Shown here one piece after another: positions 12,301 through 22,900 of a stretch of 64,000 nucleotides of DNA (within the stretch, counting starts at the first letter, position 1; every line of letters starts with the position of its first letter). Below the pieces are notes generated by a model. The model saw nothing but the letters and a program-made list of their open reading frames with translations, searched no databases and was not told the DNA's origin. Origin of the DNA: Phoronis australis (Eukaryota > Animalia > Phoronida); NCBI GenBank assembly GCA_002633005.1, contig NMRA01000175.1, positions 503,831 to 567,830 of the forward strand, in the 5' to 3' direction. The translations under genes were made by a program, and so were the position numbers.

Positions 12301-15300
12301 GAGCTTGGTAATGTTTTGAGGGCTTAAAAGCCTTAAAGATATATTTACATGTTCCCAATACAGCAGGAACTAAACGGTAATGTTGTTTTAACATAATCTA
12401 CGCTAAACAAAGTGCAGTTGTATTCATTGACAACTTGTAAACGTGAAATAAAGAAAATAGGTGACATTTGCACCAATGAAGTACCTCGCGGGTTCACATA
12501 GCCAGCATCATGCAGTTTTATTCCCCGGCACCACGTAATGGTACTTACTGGACGCGGTTCGATTTTCGGCGAATCATTTTTGCCACATAACTCGTTCTTA
12601 AAAACATTTGGCAATTTTTGACTTACTTTATATTCAGATTGTCGCTGTATGTAGTGTTTCTAACTAATTTGGCCAAACAATCACAGAGATAAGGAATTAG
12701 CGCGCAAGATCCACTTTAAAGTCCTTCGTTTGAATACACAACATTGATATCTAAACAGTTACGAAATGCAGTTTTGTAAAAGAACTGGGTTCGCGAAATG
12801 GAAAAATGTTCCTTCATTCCCATTTAGAGCTCCTCCGTCCCATTTCTCGCTCACTCTTCTTATTTTGGGATCACTCCTTCTCATCAAAAATCAAAGAGTG
12901 TTCTTTGCATTTGGTTTATGAGGTCTCTTTTATGGCTTGGTGTTGCCCGTTGCAATTCTAACTAAAATTAAATTTTAGTTAAAACGTCTACAAACAAAAA
13001 CATTCACCCCCATGAAGAGTGGCTGTTAAATGCAACAGCAGCTGTTGCGCTAGAAATTTCAAAATATGAAGTTTTATAATAATCCAATTGTGAATCTCAT
13101 TACTTTTGCCAACGGAATTTGAGGGGTTATGTTACTAATATCTTTCATCTGTTCGTTATGGAAAAAATATCTCATTTTTGTGCAGGCTTGCTAAACCTTT
13201 CAAATACATCTTTTAACTGTTTACAGATACTTCTAGTACCTTACATCCTGATTGTAATGTGGGGCCCATATACACATGCTGTATGTGTGGGTGCGTATTG
13301 CCGTCGTATTTGTGTGGGTGTCCCGATCCTAAATCCCTTACAAGATTTTAATGAGATTTTGCGGATGTGCTCCTATGAAGATGACTAGTTTTGGACTGAC
13401 CCCACTACCGCTAGCTCTCTTTACGTTTGCCTCTGTATTTGGCAGATAGGTTTCAGTTAAGAAGACGACGATGTCATTCCACTTTCAGGCGGATTTAACG
13501 TATTTTACGCCTCCTTGTGACCATTTTTGTTACCTTTGAGTCCATTTCTGGCCTCAGCCTCTCTATCTGTCAAACCGCTCAAAGACCATTATAGAAATTT
13601 GCAGATGTGGTCCTGATGAGAAGACTGCGGCTGAAGTTGATTTTCGTATGGGTTCGACTACTGCCCCCTAGTGACGATTTTGATTTTTTCTAATTAACCT
13701 TCTGAAGAAACTCTGTAAAATTTGACACATTTGCTCCTATGAGACTGACAACGGATTACAAGGAGTTTTGGACCAATTCGCCTGCCGCTGTGCCACCTAG
13801 TGGCAAATTTGCTTTTTCGCGTTTGCCTCTGTTTCTTGGAACCTCATTAATTCGTCAAATAGGTTTCTACTGAGGAGATGACTATGCCTTCTAATTTTTT
13901 TTGGACTGCTTCAAAGTATTTTGCACCTCCTAGTGAACATTTTTGTCATTTTTGATTGTTGCCGCCCACCTTCGTATTTTCTAAACCACTCAAAGGAATA
14001 TTATGAAAATGGCGTTTCTTATGAGAAAACGACGGATGGCGTTTGCTACTGGGTGGATTCGACTGCTATGGCACGCCCATTTTGTTGCCTCCGCGGCTGC
14101 ATTTTCTTTACAAGATCTTTGTGATATTATGTCACTGGTATGTGTTTCTTAGGAATTTTACGATGGCTGGCAAGGGCTTTTCGACGATCTGGTGACCACT
14201 GTGGCCTCTAGAGACAATTTTGCAAGCTAATGGTATTCGATTATAGAGGCGACGTTGTTTTTCCATCTCGGGACGGATTTGTCGCCACCCAGTTGTCATT
14301 TTTATTAATTACGAGTCTAGTTTTACAATCTGTCTCATCTGCCAAACTGTTCGTAAGATCATCGTGAAAATTGGTGGATGTGTTCGAACTGACAAGAACA
14401 TAACTGACGTTGATTTTGGATGGGTCTAACAACTGTGGTGGTCCTAGTGGTATTTTTACATCTGCTCCCGTATCTCTTCTAAACCCCGTACACGATCTTT
14501 GTGGAATTTGGCAAGTGTATTCGCATTAACTTAACAACGGATAAATGAATCTAATTACCACCGTGTTTCCTAGTGAAATGTTACTTTCTACTTTTACTTC
14601 AGTACCTTTTGAGTTCCTCGACAGATTTTCTTGAAATGTGGCGAATAATTTTCTATTAGAGTGACAACGACGACTTCCAATTTTCAGACAGATTTGACGT
14701 ATTTTGCGTCATGTGGAGACCATTTTTATAATGCTAAATATGACCCCTAGACCTTTAGCATTTGCGGTGCAGTCATGGACGCATTTGAACGCTTCGCCTT
14801 GCTCTTGTGTTTATTTCACTTAGCTTACAATAGGCAAAATGTTTCATTAAAGCTATAACTTTTAATTTGCTTGGAAAATTGGTTTTGTCACTGAAGGATC
14901 CATTGTGACGCTGCTGTTTAGGTCGTGTGCGCAATTCTTCTCTGGAAGATTGTGCTGTGTCTGTAACCTATGCCGACAGGGTGCTCTGCTTGTGTTCTTA
15001 GAGCGCAGCTATATTTCTTTAATGTAATTATAATCCTTTTATTTTTTCTTGCTTCAACAAGACAAATAACAATGGATTTGAGACAAGGCCGTGAGGTGAT
15101 CCCCGAGACATACAAAGAGGTCACGGTGATGTATAGTGACATGGTCGGCTTCACTGCGCTGTCGTCAGAGAGCACGCCGGTCCAGGTATGAATTTGGTTG
15201 TTACCCATCCGCCATTGTGCTTTTAAATATAAAGTTAGTTAGTGAGGGGTTTTATGGGCAAAGAGAAGAAACAAGATGCAGAGTGAAACAAATCACCTGC

Positions 15301-18300
15301 ATTATTTGCGCGCCGAAGACGCTCACATGCATCGTTTTATTAAGAAATGGAGGAAAATATGATGGTTGTCGGATACTTTGCGACACATATCGTGGAGGCT
15401 GGTATACGATGTGACAACATGGCCTTATAGGTGCATTTGAATTATGGAAACATTTAATGATGCATTGGCCTTGAATGTAATGTCATATGCCGGAGGCGGC
15501 GGTGGAAAAAGGCAACGATGATAAATGATGGTGATTAAACTGATTAAGAAACAAAAGATGATCTTAAAGAGGCCTGGTATACAATAAACAGACTAAACTG
15601 TAATATTGAAAGGGTTCTCTGCCACTGAAACTGAATTCAACCTGCTCACCAGGTATTTTTAGGGTTTGTTCATAAAGAGTTTTAATTTCTGTTGGTATCA
15701 AAGCATTTTCTTGTAGTTTTAAATTTCAAAAAAAAATCTATCAACTACTCGCCACTTCGTCGATTTTTCTTCCACAAGGCAAAGCACATCTCCTCATTTG
15801 GAATGGCAAGACAACGTATCACATTTCCTTTATATGGAAAATGTGACCTTTGACCTCAAGCGACAGACTGTGAGCGCATGCGCGCAATTATCGTAAGAGG
15901 GAGGGAGATTACAAATTATACGATTTTCCTTCTCGCGTATCGTTCAAAAACCGTGAATTTTGTGACTTTTTTTCTGAAGAATTCCTCACAGGAAAAAGTG
16001 AATTACACTGTACTAGATGTCGCGAGATGGTACTGTTGTCAGAAATTGTTTAAAAGACATGTTTAACGAGCTTTCGCGTTCCATGCCTCTTTAAAGTGAC
16101 TCGACAGTTTTAATTTATCGTTAATTTCTTTTAAACTTTAGCATTTTGTGTTTAGGTCTTTGCATGCCTAATACAAATCTACAAAATAAGGTGGTGCCAC
16201 CTAGTTATTTTTCCCGTTTCGTGGGTTATTGAAAAGCCTCCTCTAATTAAATCAATGATTATATTCCTAACGCATCAGTTTCGCTCACCATGTCAGTTTT
16301 GTATTTTCCTAGTTTAATGATTTCCTTGCGTCAGTTCAAGTGAATTTTTTTGACCTCCTCAAAAGCGCGACAATTCAACGATCACAGTCAGAAAATCACG
16401 AATCAGTTTCTCGAGAACATTTTCGAAAATAAGGCTATACTCGAATATAAGGCCGTGGCTTTATGGTTTTACGGCATCTTTCTTGTATAATATTTAACAC
16501 CATTTTGTAAACTGCGTGTTTTACTGGTCTTCCACTTACAACTACTTTGCAGATTGTGGAGTTCTTGAACGACCTGTACACCGCCTTCGATCACATAATT
16601 GACACCCTTAACGTATACAAGGTATGACTTATAGGTGGTGGCGTTTATGAATAAATCGCTTTCTGTTATTTGTATTAACCATCAACCAACCAAAAGTCCG
16701 AATTTCAATGTCATAGGTTGCAGGTTTTATATGTGCTACACAGTCAGGTTTTATATGTGCTACACGGTTACACTGGAAGAGCAGCGAGACGGTCTCCAGA
16801 AGCTAGTTTACAGTGAAACAATAACATGAATGAGAGTATGAGGTCATATATTATGACAATGAGTAATCATTACATAATAGTTCGATTTAATGCCTTCCTG
16901 CTCTGATCCAATTCGCTTGAAAAACGTCGGAGTTGCGAAAATTTTAAGTGACAGTAAATTCCATGGCAAAAACCAACACCGGAACAAGCGAATGCAAACA
17001 AATGCCACGCGCGCAACCTCACAAGCGCGAGATCGAACTTGGCATTCCAGGGCTAGAGTTCTATGCTAAAGGCCGCTGACTCTATCAGTTAAACACGCTT
17101 AATTATTCTCTGCCATATATCGCGTATGCATGGCTTCAAAAGCTCCGCCAACAGAACGATTTGGACTGCGACCGCCGGAGTTACAGAAGATCACATTTCT
17201 GGTCTATAATGGCCCTTTAAGGATGTTGAAACATTTAAAATATGTGTGTCTATGTGACTGCTTCGTTTGCTGTGCAAGAGCTGTTGAGTTTTCTATTGTA
17301 AGCTTTATCTCCTTAGGTCGAGACTATCGGCGATGCCTACATGTGTGTGAGCGGCCTACCTGTTCGTAACGGCAAAGAACACGTGTCTGAGATTGCTACG
17401 CTCTCCCTAGAGTTTCTGAGTACTGTTCTCACGTACAAGATTCGACATCGTCCCGAAAGACAGCTCCAGATAAGGATAGGAATGCATTCAGGTAGGCGTT
17501 AAGCTGTGGATTTGATTTTAGAGTGTACTGGTGCCTGTATGTTTGTGGGAGTACTAAGCTCTGTCCGTCATTGAACAGATGTTACTGTTATAATATGGTA
17601 CCACCAAGTTCACCCAGCAACAAACTACCTGGCACTGCATGTTTTTTTCTGACCATATGACGTCATATCTTTTTGATTTCAACCACTTTAAAGCTGTAAA
17701 CATTTTGCATCTGAATTTGTACCTCGGACATCCAGTGATATAAATTTCATATCAATCACTGCAGTTTTCCAGAGAGATATTGGCGTGTGTATAAAGTATA
17801 GAATGTAAGTAATGTTCTGAGTAAGGTATAACAATAAATGTATGAGTACATAAACACGTTTGTAACATGCACATTCGTGTGGTGGTGGTGGTGGTTGTGA
17901 TGGTGGTGGTTTTGGTAGTGGTGTTGGGTGTGTGGTTAGTAGTGACATTGAAGAACTTCCGTAACGTTCTAATTGTAGGACCGGTAGCCGCAGGAGTAGT
18001 TGGAGTGAAAATGCCGCGTTACTGTTTATTTGGGAATACTGTCAACATCGCCTCAAAAATGGAATCTTCGGGGCAAGGTAAGTGATCAGCCAGTCATCTT
18101 CCGCGGTTAGTTGTGATCTTAAACTCCATCGGCCTCAGAAATAAAATTATCTATTAAAAACAAAACCATATTGTGAACAACTTGTTCAGGTTTGAGAGCA
18201 TGGTTTGCTGCGGACTGTATGCGATCCAGTTCCTCATTGAGTCGCTGCGTTTCTTATGGATTCTGGTGCATACTGAGCACTTGCTTTCGTTAAAGTTATG

Positions 18301-19068
18301 GCTCAAAATCTTGAAGACGGGCAGTGAATAGTGCGTATGTTTATAGAAAACAGAAGTGTGCCTGAATTCGCTAACGACACTAGTTCTTGGTTTCAGCTCT
18401 TCGGATTCATGTCAGTCCAGAATCGTACTACGCTCTTGTGGAGTTCGGTAAATACGAGTTCGTCGAGAGGGGAACTATCAAATTACGCGTACGTTGACTT
18501 TTATGCATTCGAGGGCCCAACTCCTTTTATCGTCTTTTGCGTTTTCCTATCTGTTGCTTTCATGTTTTAGGTAGTGAAAGAATTTTCATGCAACCACTGA
18601 ATTTTCTATTTCGTCGGGACGGACAAACGCTTAGAATATACTTGGTGCTTCGAAATCCATGAATGTGGCCTTTTCGACTAGTAGACTGTACGCACTGACG
18701 ATTCAGAGTCTACCAAAAGATAGATTTACTTTTTTACAGGTAGAACATAAACATAAGCGTGCGTTCACAAAAACAAAACATTTTACTTAGGTCCTAATGT
18801 TTCGGTTCGCTCATGTTTAATTGTATACATGTTAGCTACGTTAACCAAATATTGTTTATTACCATGGCGATCAGTCCAATCGGAACATCAGAAAAAGTAG
18901 TGTGTGAGTATAGGCCCTTGACTTTTATTCAATAACATTGGTACAACTTTTCAGGGAAAAGGACTTATTACGACATACTTTCTCGTCGGAAAAGAGGGCT
19001 ACGACAAAGTTCTACCAGAAGTGAGTAAACTGGTGGACAGCGAGGAGGAATCACACCGACTGAAATGA
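186..19068 (+). CDS. Receptor-type (membrane) guanylyl cyclase, atrial natriuretic peptide receptor 1-like; multi-exon, 5' end lies upstream of the window
   Basis: Phase-consistent GT-AG exon chain read by hand: 186-318, 1859-2041, 2661-2782, 3433-3568, 4574-4685, 5495-5619, 6166-6241, 6716-6860, (7087-7291?), 7661-7861, 8161-8337, 9026-9188, 10784-10933, 11210-11384, 12030-12170, 15062-15185, 16553-16621, 17317-17491, 17979-18077, 18397-18488, 18955-19068. Motifs: LYDAVMLYA (ANF-receptor ECD), [10 protein letters not shown], a TM helix, [15 protein letters not shown] / LWTAPELLR / GDVYSFGII (kinase-homology domain), [15 protein letters not shown] (hinge), [28 protein letters not shown] (cyclase). 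Confidence 0.95.
1150..1720 (+). mobile_element. Decayed 3' end of a non-LTR retrotransposon ORF2 (CR1/RTE-like Cys-His tail)
   Basis: [14 protein letters not shown]...RICPFC followed by a frameshifted EDEFHF, the usual C-terminal motif of such LINEs; an ATT-rich tract follows. Confidence 0.65.
1722..1845. repeat. Degenerate (ATT/ATC)n microsatellite
   Basis: attattattatcatcacc... trinucleotide run. Confidence 0.8.
1859..2041 (+). CDS. GC exon, extracellular domain ([31 protein letters not shown]...)
   Basis: ORF 1858..2055; caatacag acceptor, G|gtacgc donor; resembles the NPR ECD FMLxAxxLGMxxGEYVF segment. Confidence 0.9.
2661..2782 (+). CDS. GC exon, extracellular domain ([27 protein letters not shown]...)
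   Basis: ccttag acceptor, gtaagt donor, phases 1 to 0 consistent. Confidence 0.85.
3433..3568 (+). CDS. GC exon, extracellular domain ([20 protein letters not shown]...)
   Basis: Conserved LYDAVMLYA motif; tttttctag acceptor, gtaagg donor. Confidence 0.92.
3904..3946. repeat. (CA)n-type microsatellite
   Basis: cacacacacgcacaagcacacgcatacgcacacacacac. Confidence 0.8.
4574..4685 (+). CDS. GC exon, extracellular domain ([19 protein letters not shown]...)
   Basis: GxxGxVxIDxNGDR-like motif; tgcag acceptor, gtgagt donor. Confidence 0.9.
5495..5619 (+). CDS. GC exon, juxtamembrane Cys loop ([24 protein letters not shown])
   Basis: WxGGxxxPPxxxPxCGxxxxxC motif typical of receptor GCs; ttttaaag acceptor, gtaggt donor. 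Confidence 0.9.
6166..6241 (+). CDS. GC exon, transmembrane helix ([25 protein letters not shown])
   Basis: About 23 hydrophobic residues; tttttcag acceptor, gtaaga donor; phases fit. Confidence 0.88.
6716..6860 (+). CDS. GC exon, cytoplasmic juxtamembrane ([20 protein letters not shown]...)
   Basis: WKIxWxDI motif of receptor GCs. Both ends are ambiguous (alternative acceptor at 6686, alternative donor at 6853). Confidence 0.75.
6821..7090 (+). repeat. Degenerate ~59-60 bp tandem repeat (4-5 units) overlapping a GC exon 3' end
   Basis: taaatggcatggaaaggcgtgcaaaggacagaggttcttg (6821) vs taaatgtgcattggaaggcgtgcaagagaccgaggttcttg (6880); weaker units near 6940, 6998 and 7055. Confidence 0.75.
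7087..7291 (+). CDS. Possible additional GC juxtamembrane exon ([23 protein letters not shown]...KLRARM)
   Basis: Open frame 7058-7306 ending ATG|gtgaga in phase 0, compatible with the exon at 7661. Acceptor uncertain; no recognisable motif. Confidence 0.4.
7661..7861 (+). CDS. GC exon, kinase-homology domain N-lobe ([19 protein letters not shown])
   Basis: tttttacag acceptor, gtacgt donor; lies within ORF 7535..7987. Confidence 0.9.
8161..8337 (+). CDS. GC exon, kinase-homology domain ([11 protein letters not shown]...[13 protein letters not shown])
   Basis: HxNxxxFIGAC and YCxKGSL motifs; canonical splice sites. Confidence 0.95.
9026..9188 (+). CDS. GC exon, kinase-homology domain ([36 protein letters not shown])
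   Basis: HGxLxSxNxxVDSRW motif; tttgcag acceptor, gtaagt donor. Confidence 0.95.
9652..10498 (-). mobile_element. Non-autonomous element with ~42-bp terminal inverted repeats, carrying a tRNA-like segment and interrupted by a MITE
   Basis: ggttggccagtagtgaaatatatcaaataaacacagaaaaat (9652-9693) recurs inverted at ~10457-10498. An internal tRNA-like sequence lies on - (gtagctcagaggtgagcgc...ggttcgattcc). Confidence 0.7.
9782..10370. mobile_element. PIF/Harbinger-type MITE with CTG target-site duplication (spans an assembly gap)
   Basis: ctg|ggcccgg ... ccgggcc|ctg. The uninterrupted site is visible in the inverted sister copy at ~10620-10655. Interior rich in ctcgag/actcga palindromes. Confidence 0.7.
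10547..10727 (+). mobile_element. Inverted partial second copy of the tRNA-carrying element
   Basis: Reverse complement of 10371-10456 and 9685-9780; A box gtagctcagtggtg, B box ggttcgattcc. Confidence 0.75.
10784..10933 (+). CDS. GC exon, kinase-homology domain ([10 protein letters not shown]...[12 protein letters not shown])
   Basis: Kinase subdomain VIII-IX motifs; canonical splice sites. Confidence 0.95.
11210..11384 (+). CDS. GC exon, kinase-homology domain C-terminus (PPFRP...[12 protein letters not shown])
   Basis: CWxExPxxRPxF motif; ttttag acceptor, gtaagt donor. Confidence 0.95.
12030..12170 (+). CDS. GC exon, dimerisation hinge ([24 protein letters not shown]...LLP)
   Basis: Conserved hinge motif; canonical splice sites. 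Confidence 0.95.
13230..14810. mobile_element. Helentron/HINE-like non-autonomous element with internal ~130-bp degenerate tandem repeats
   Basis: Recurring (tg)cc(a/c)cctagtg(g/a)c core at 13661, 13791, 13923, 14200, 14437 and 14565; gt-rich head; end resembles the ...gccttgctcttgt termini of such elements. Family assignment is from memory. Confidence 0.55.
15062..15185 (+). CDS. GC exon, cyclase domain start ([28 protein letters not shown])
   Basis: First metal-binding Asp motif; aag acceptor after a pyrimidine tract, gtatga donor. Confidence 0.95.
15568..16090. mobile_element. Kolobok-like non-autonomous DNA transposon (TTAA TSD)
   Basis: ttaa|agaggcctgg ... ccatgcctct|ttaa. Confidence 0.7.
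16553..16621 (+). CDS. GC exon, cyclase ([23 protein letters not shown])
   Basis: LNDLYTxFD motif; 69-bp exon with canonical sites. Confidence 0.95.
17317..17491 (+). CDS. GC exon, cyclase ([15 protein letters not shown]...IRIGMHSG)
   Basis: Guanine-specifying Glu and second metal-binding Asp; canonical sites. Confidence 0.96.
17878..17940. repeat. (GGT)n microsatellite
   Basis: ggtggtggtggtggttgtgatggtggtggt... Confidence 0.85.
17979..18077 (+). CDS. GC exon, cyclase ([30 protein letters not shown])
   Basis: Cyclase signature; canonical sites. Confidence 0.96.
18397..18488 (+). CDS. GC exon, cyclase ([14 protein letters not shown]...ERGTIKLR)
   Basis: RIHVS and RG motifs; tttcag acceptor, gtacgt donor. 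Confidence 0.92.
18955..19068 (+). CDS. GC last coding exon ([21 protein letters not shown]...RLK*)
   Basis: GKGxxxTYxL motif followed by TGA at 19066-19068. Confidence 0.9.
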   Translation, partial: GKGLITTYFLVGKEGYDKVLPEVSKLVDSEEESHRLK

Positions 19069-19670
19069 TCATAGATCATAGGAAGTCTTTACTTTGAATT
19101 ATTAATGTGCAAACTCTATCACGAACACTGCAATCAAACGTTCCAGTAGTCCCGAACTTGAAGTTGGTGCCGTGACCCGGATTATTTTAAATCACTGTTG
19201 GAAAGAATTCCATTATGTGTTTGTGTGATATGCCTTAATATAAATCGTTTGTTGCTTGTGTTGTGAAACCAAACGAATACATGTATTGCTGTGCGATTTT
19301 GTATGTGTCACGGAAATTTACAGAAGATCTGTTATGTTTTAGTTGCCCTGTGAATAGAATTGCAGGTTGCGCACGATGTGACTTTCGTAATTCGGGTTTG
19401 CCGCTTCTCTGAACATTTCTTGAGATTTCTCTTCTACGAAAGGCCTCTTAAAATATTTCAATGATGTACAATGTCGAGATACATTAAAAACTCAGAATGT
19501 GTACATTATATGCCTACCCAGATATTCCACGTCCCTCATGTCAAGAAAAGTGTTCCTGTTTTGCTTCCCCTTGTCAAACAGTAAACTTTCAGTTCATGTA
19601 TTAAAACGGGGTAAGGTAACTATTTTTCTTGAAACTGGCACCAGTAAGGTTCGAATCCGCATAAGCTCTG

Positions 19671-19910
19671 GGGTTTGTTTCATGAAAAGTGACTTAAGAC
19701 TTTAGACAGAAATTTAGTTTAAAGCTCTTACCTCATATTTACTAAGTAATTATGGGCACATCTAGAAATAATATGTGGACATTATCTCAGTAAATGGTAG
19801 TTATATTTATATTTTCAGGGATTTTGTATTTTTGTTCAAGTGGCATTATTTTTCAGAAATGCTTATGAATATCGTATCTTAAGTCTTAAGACACTTCATG
19901 AAACATACCT
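19671..19910. mobile_element. PIF/Harbinger-type MITE with CTG TSD, in the likely GC 3'UTR
   Basis: ctg|gggtttgtttcatgaa ... ttcatgaaacatacct|ctg; internal cttaag palindromes. Confidence 0.7.
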
Positions 19911-22900
19911 CTGAGCAGATGCATGCATTAACAAGCACACTCGAATAACAAATGCCGTTTATGTTTCCTACACCACGTGCACACGTACATATTGTTGTTG
20001 TGTTTAAAGTAGTCGAGCGATAGTATGAATATTTCTTACCACGTGCCTTAAAAGTATGGTAAACTCGGTTTAAGTGATTTCGTTCAAAACGGATTCCGTC
20101 ACAATCTGTTGCTGGATTGGCATCTCACCTGTGCGACAACAGCTCTGCTATGGTTTTTGTTGTGTCACTGAGTGAAACCTGTGGTTTGAGAAGGGACAAA
20201 CTTGTCCCATACTCGTCTATTAAATCGCCTAAAGCGTTAGTCACACTTTCCGATATTGTATACTTTTCAAGTAATTTAAAAATTACTCAAAACGTTTGAG
20301 GATTTGCGGGGCATTATTTTGTTACAAATATTTTAAGTGATATAGTGTTAGTGAATGTCCGTTGATGGTCTTACACATTGGTTAGTATTATTTTAACCAG
20401 CTCGCATCAGCAAACACTGAAAAGTATTGTTCATCGTCAAATTGTAAACAATTGTTAAAAACAGCCCTAAACTCGGGAAATGTAGCCTGCAAAATTCTTA
20501 TCAGCACAGATGTGGTGTTCAGTACTGTAATATGTCTTAACATAATGCACATTGTCGTTTATACACAATAGTGGGTACTGTTTTATCAAAGGTCGCAGGT
20601 TCAGTCATAGCTACACGTAAGACAGTCGTACGCACGTTGTTGCAACAGTAACACTGCGTGTTTCAGAAGATCAAAACGTTGTACTTGTCGTGAGTAAAAT
20701 GAAAGTATTGACTGTCTCAGCCAAGATCGGACTTACGAACTTTGCTAAAACGAGTCCCTGATTAATATTGGATCGCAAGACAATGCAAAGAAGTGGCAAA
20801 TAAAAAAGTCCATGAGAATTAAATGTCTTAAGATAAACAATTATAAGTGTTTAACAAGCGCACGAGTTGATAGACGAAAGGCAATAAACATAAGTGTCGC
20901 AGTTATCACAAGCGATCGATCTTTTGATACAAGCATACAATTTGCCTGAACTTTTCGTTAGGGCCTACTGAGTTAGAAAACCCATGTTCAGAAACGTTTT
21001 TGACCAAGATGCGTTCCATATCTATAGACGCGAGAACCTCGCAAAAACGCAAGTGCACGCGATTACACTAGCAGTAGCTGTGTTCTTTCGCGAGATTCTT
21101 GTGTCAATGGAACTCAGTCCGGTCCGAAGGTGAATTGGTTCGAAGGTCCACTAGTCCAAAATATGACCAGATTTCGGAGCCGGGTGCATTTTCATATTTT
21201 TTCTACATGCAGCGTAACACAGAAGTTCGGTTGTTAGTTACAATGGCGCAAGCTACCTACTGAAAACAACCACCCGCCGGGTATTGTTTGTATTTTCCTG
21301 TGCACGTGCGAAATCGGACTTCAGAGCATACTTTGAGTGGTTACAGACCAATACTTCCCAGTGCGATTCAAGTGCTGCGCTACACTTGCTGCAATGCATC
21401 AATGTCTTTCGTAGAATGTTGAGTACGTGGGCTTCCTAAATCAATTTGAGCCTCAACCCGATTTTCAATCGAATCTTCAGAAGAGCGTAGCGTAAACTCC
21501 ACACAGAAACCAGAAATGAAATGCGCATAGGGATAGGTACCGATATATTTTTGTTTACGTCAATTGATACGCCAAGATGAAACACGCTACCCCTGTCTAA
21601 ATGCGCGACGAACTAAGTTACAACTCTAAGGCCACGTCTATGCAGTTACCGTCATTGGTAAGTCTCCCAAGCGCAAAACCAATATGGCACTGCAACAGAT
21701 TATATACAACGTATTTTGATCATGTTGCACTGAAACTTACTGGTAAGCTATTTCGGCGTAGCACAGCTTAATGGTGAGAAATGTACTTCCGCGCAATACG
21801 TTTTACTTTGTTTTAGTGTCCAGGAGTGGTGTGGTGTTAAGTGTCTCGGTTGACGTTTCCGTATGTCACGTTAGATACTATTACGAAAAATGCTGCTGAA
21901 ACCTTACGAAGACGAATTTTGTTTCACTTTGCGTTTTAATATCCATAGATAATTATAGTCTATGGTTTATTCAGGCGTACGTTCATCTTATCGTAAGTCT
22001 GTTGCATGATTTTATCAATGACATGCACTTTTCCTCTTTCGTTCTCTGTATATCGTTGATCTGAATTGCACAGGCCGAAATGCATTGAAAACCATGTTAA
22101 CCCTTTCGTACTCAAGCAATGTTTGTGACATGACCAAGATGGCGCACTATCATTTTTTACATGTTCCCGCTACCTGATTGGCTAGAATAATTACTTTGAT
22201 TGACATGACAAAGCTATCCATTAGGTAGTGTTCTAAGCAAATTTAGTTAAATATGACGCGATTTCGGTTTCAACTTTAGTTGTTTTCACTCAACATCTCG
22301 AGAAAGATGCTAAGCAGCGACGGATCAAGTAAAACCTACTTTTCCACAAAATCGGTGTTTATGACACAAAAACAGACGAGCTTTGTCAGGAACAACATGA
22401 TAGACAAGGAATATTGAACTTTCGGTATCAAAAAATATAAACTCACAGCGGTCAATCTTCTTCAGCCACAACAATAATCAGACTATAAGAACGACTCGAG
22501 GAATCCCTTACAAAATCAATTCAGTCTCTCTCAAGAAATTGGCCATAGACTTCATGACGTGCGAAGATCCTGCTCACGCACCTCAATCAGTTTCCTTTAC
22601 CATATACTTGCCAATTGCAGCGGTTTTTAAAGATTTGTCCCGCGTCACGCCACATCACCAGTGTTTGACACACAACGTAGGCTAATATTGAAATGTTTAG
22701 TGATTACGTATATGTCACTATTATGACGCGATTTAGAATAGAAATGTACAGTCACGTTACGTTTTCGAATATTTTACAGGTCTTCAATTTTTTCTGATTC
22801 AGGTAACTACGGGGGCAATTTAGCACTTGAATATTTTTACAAAATTATGTGTTTAGATTTTAATCGGTGTTGTCGGACAACGGTTGCACCATTCTATGTT

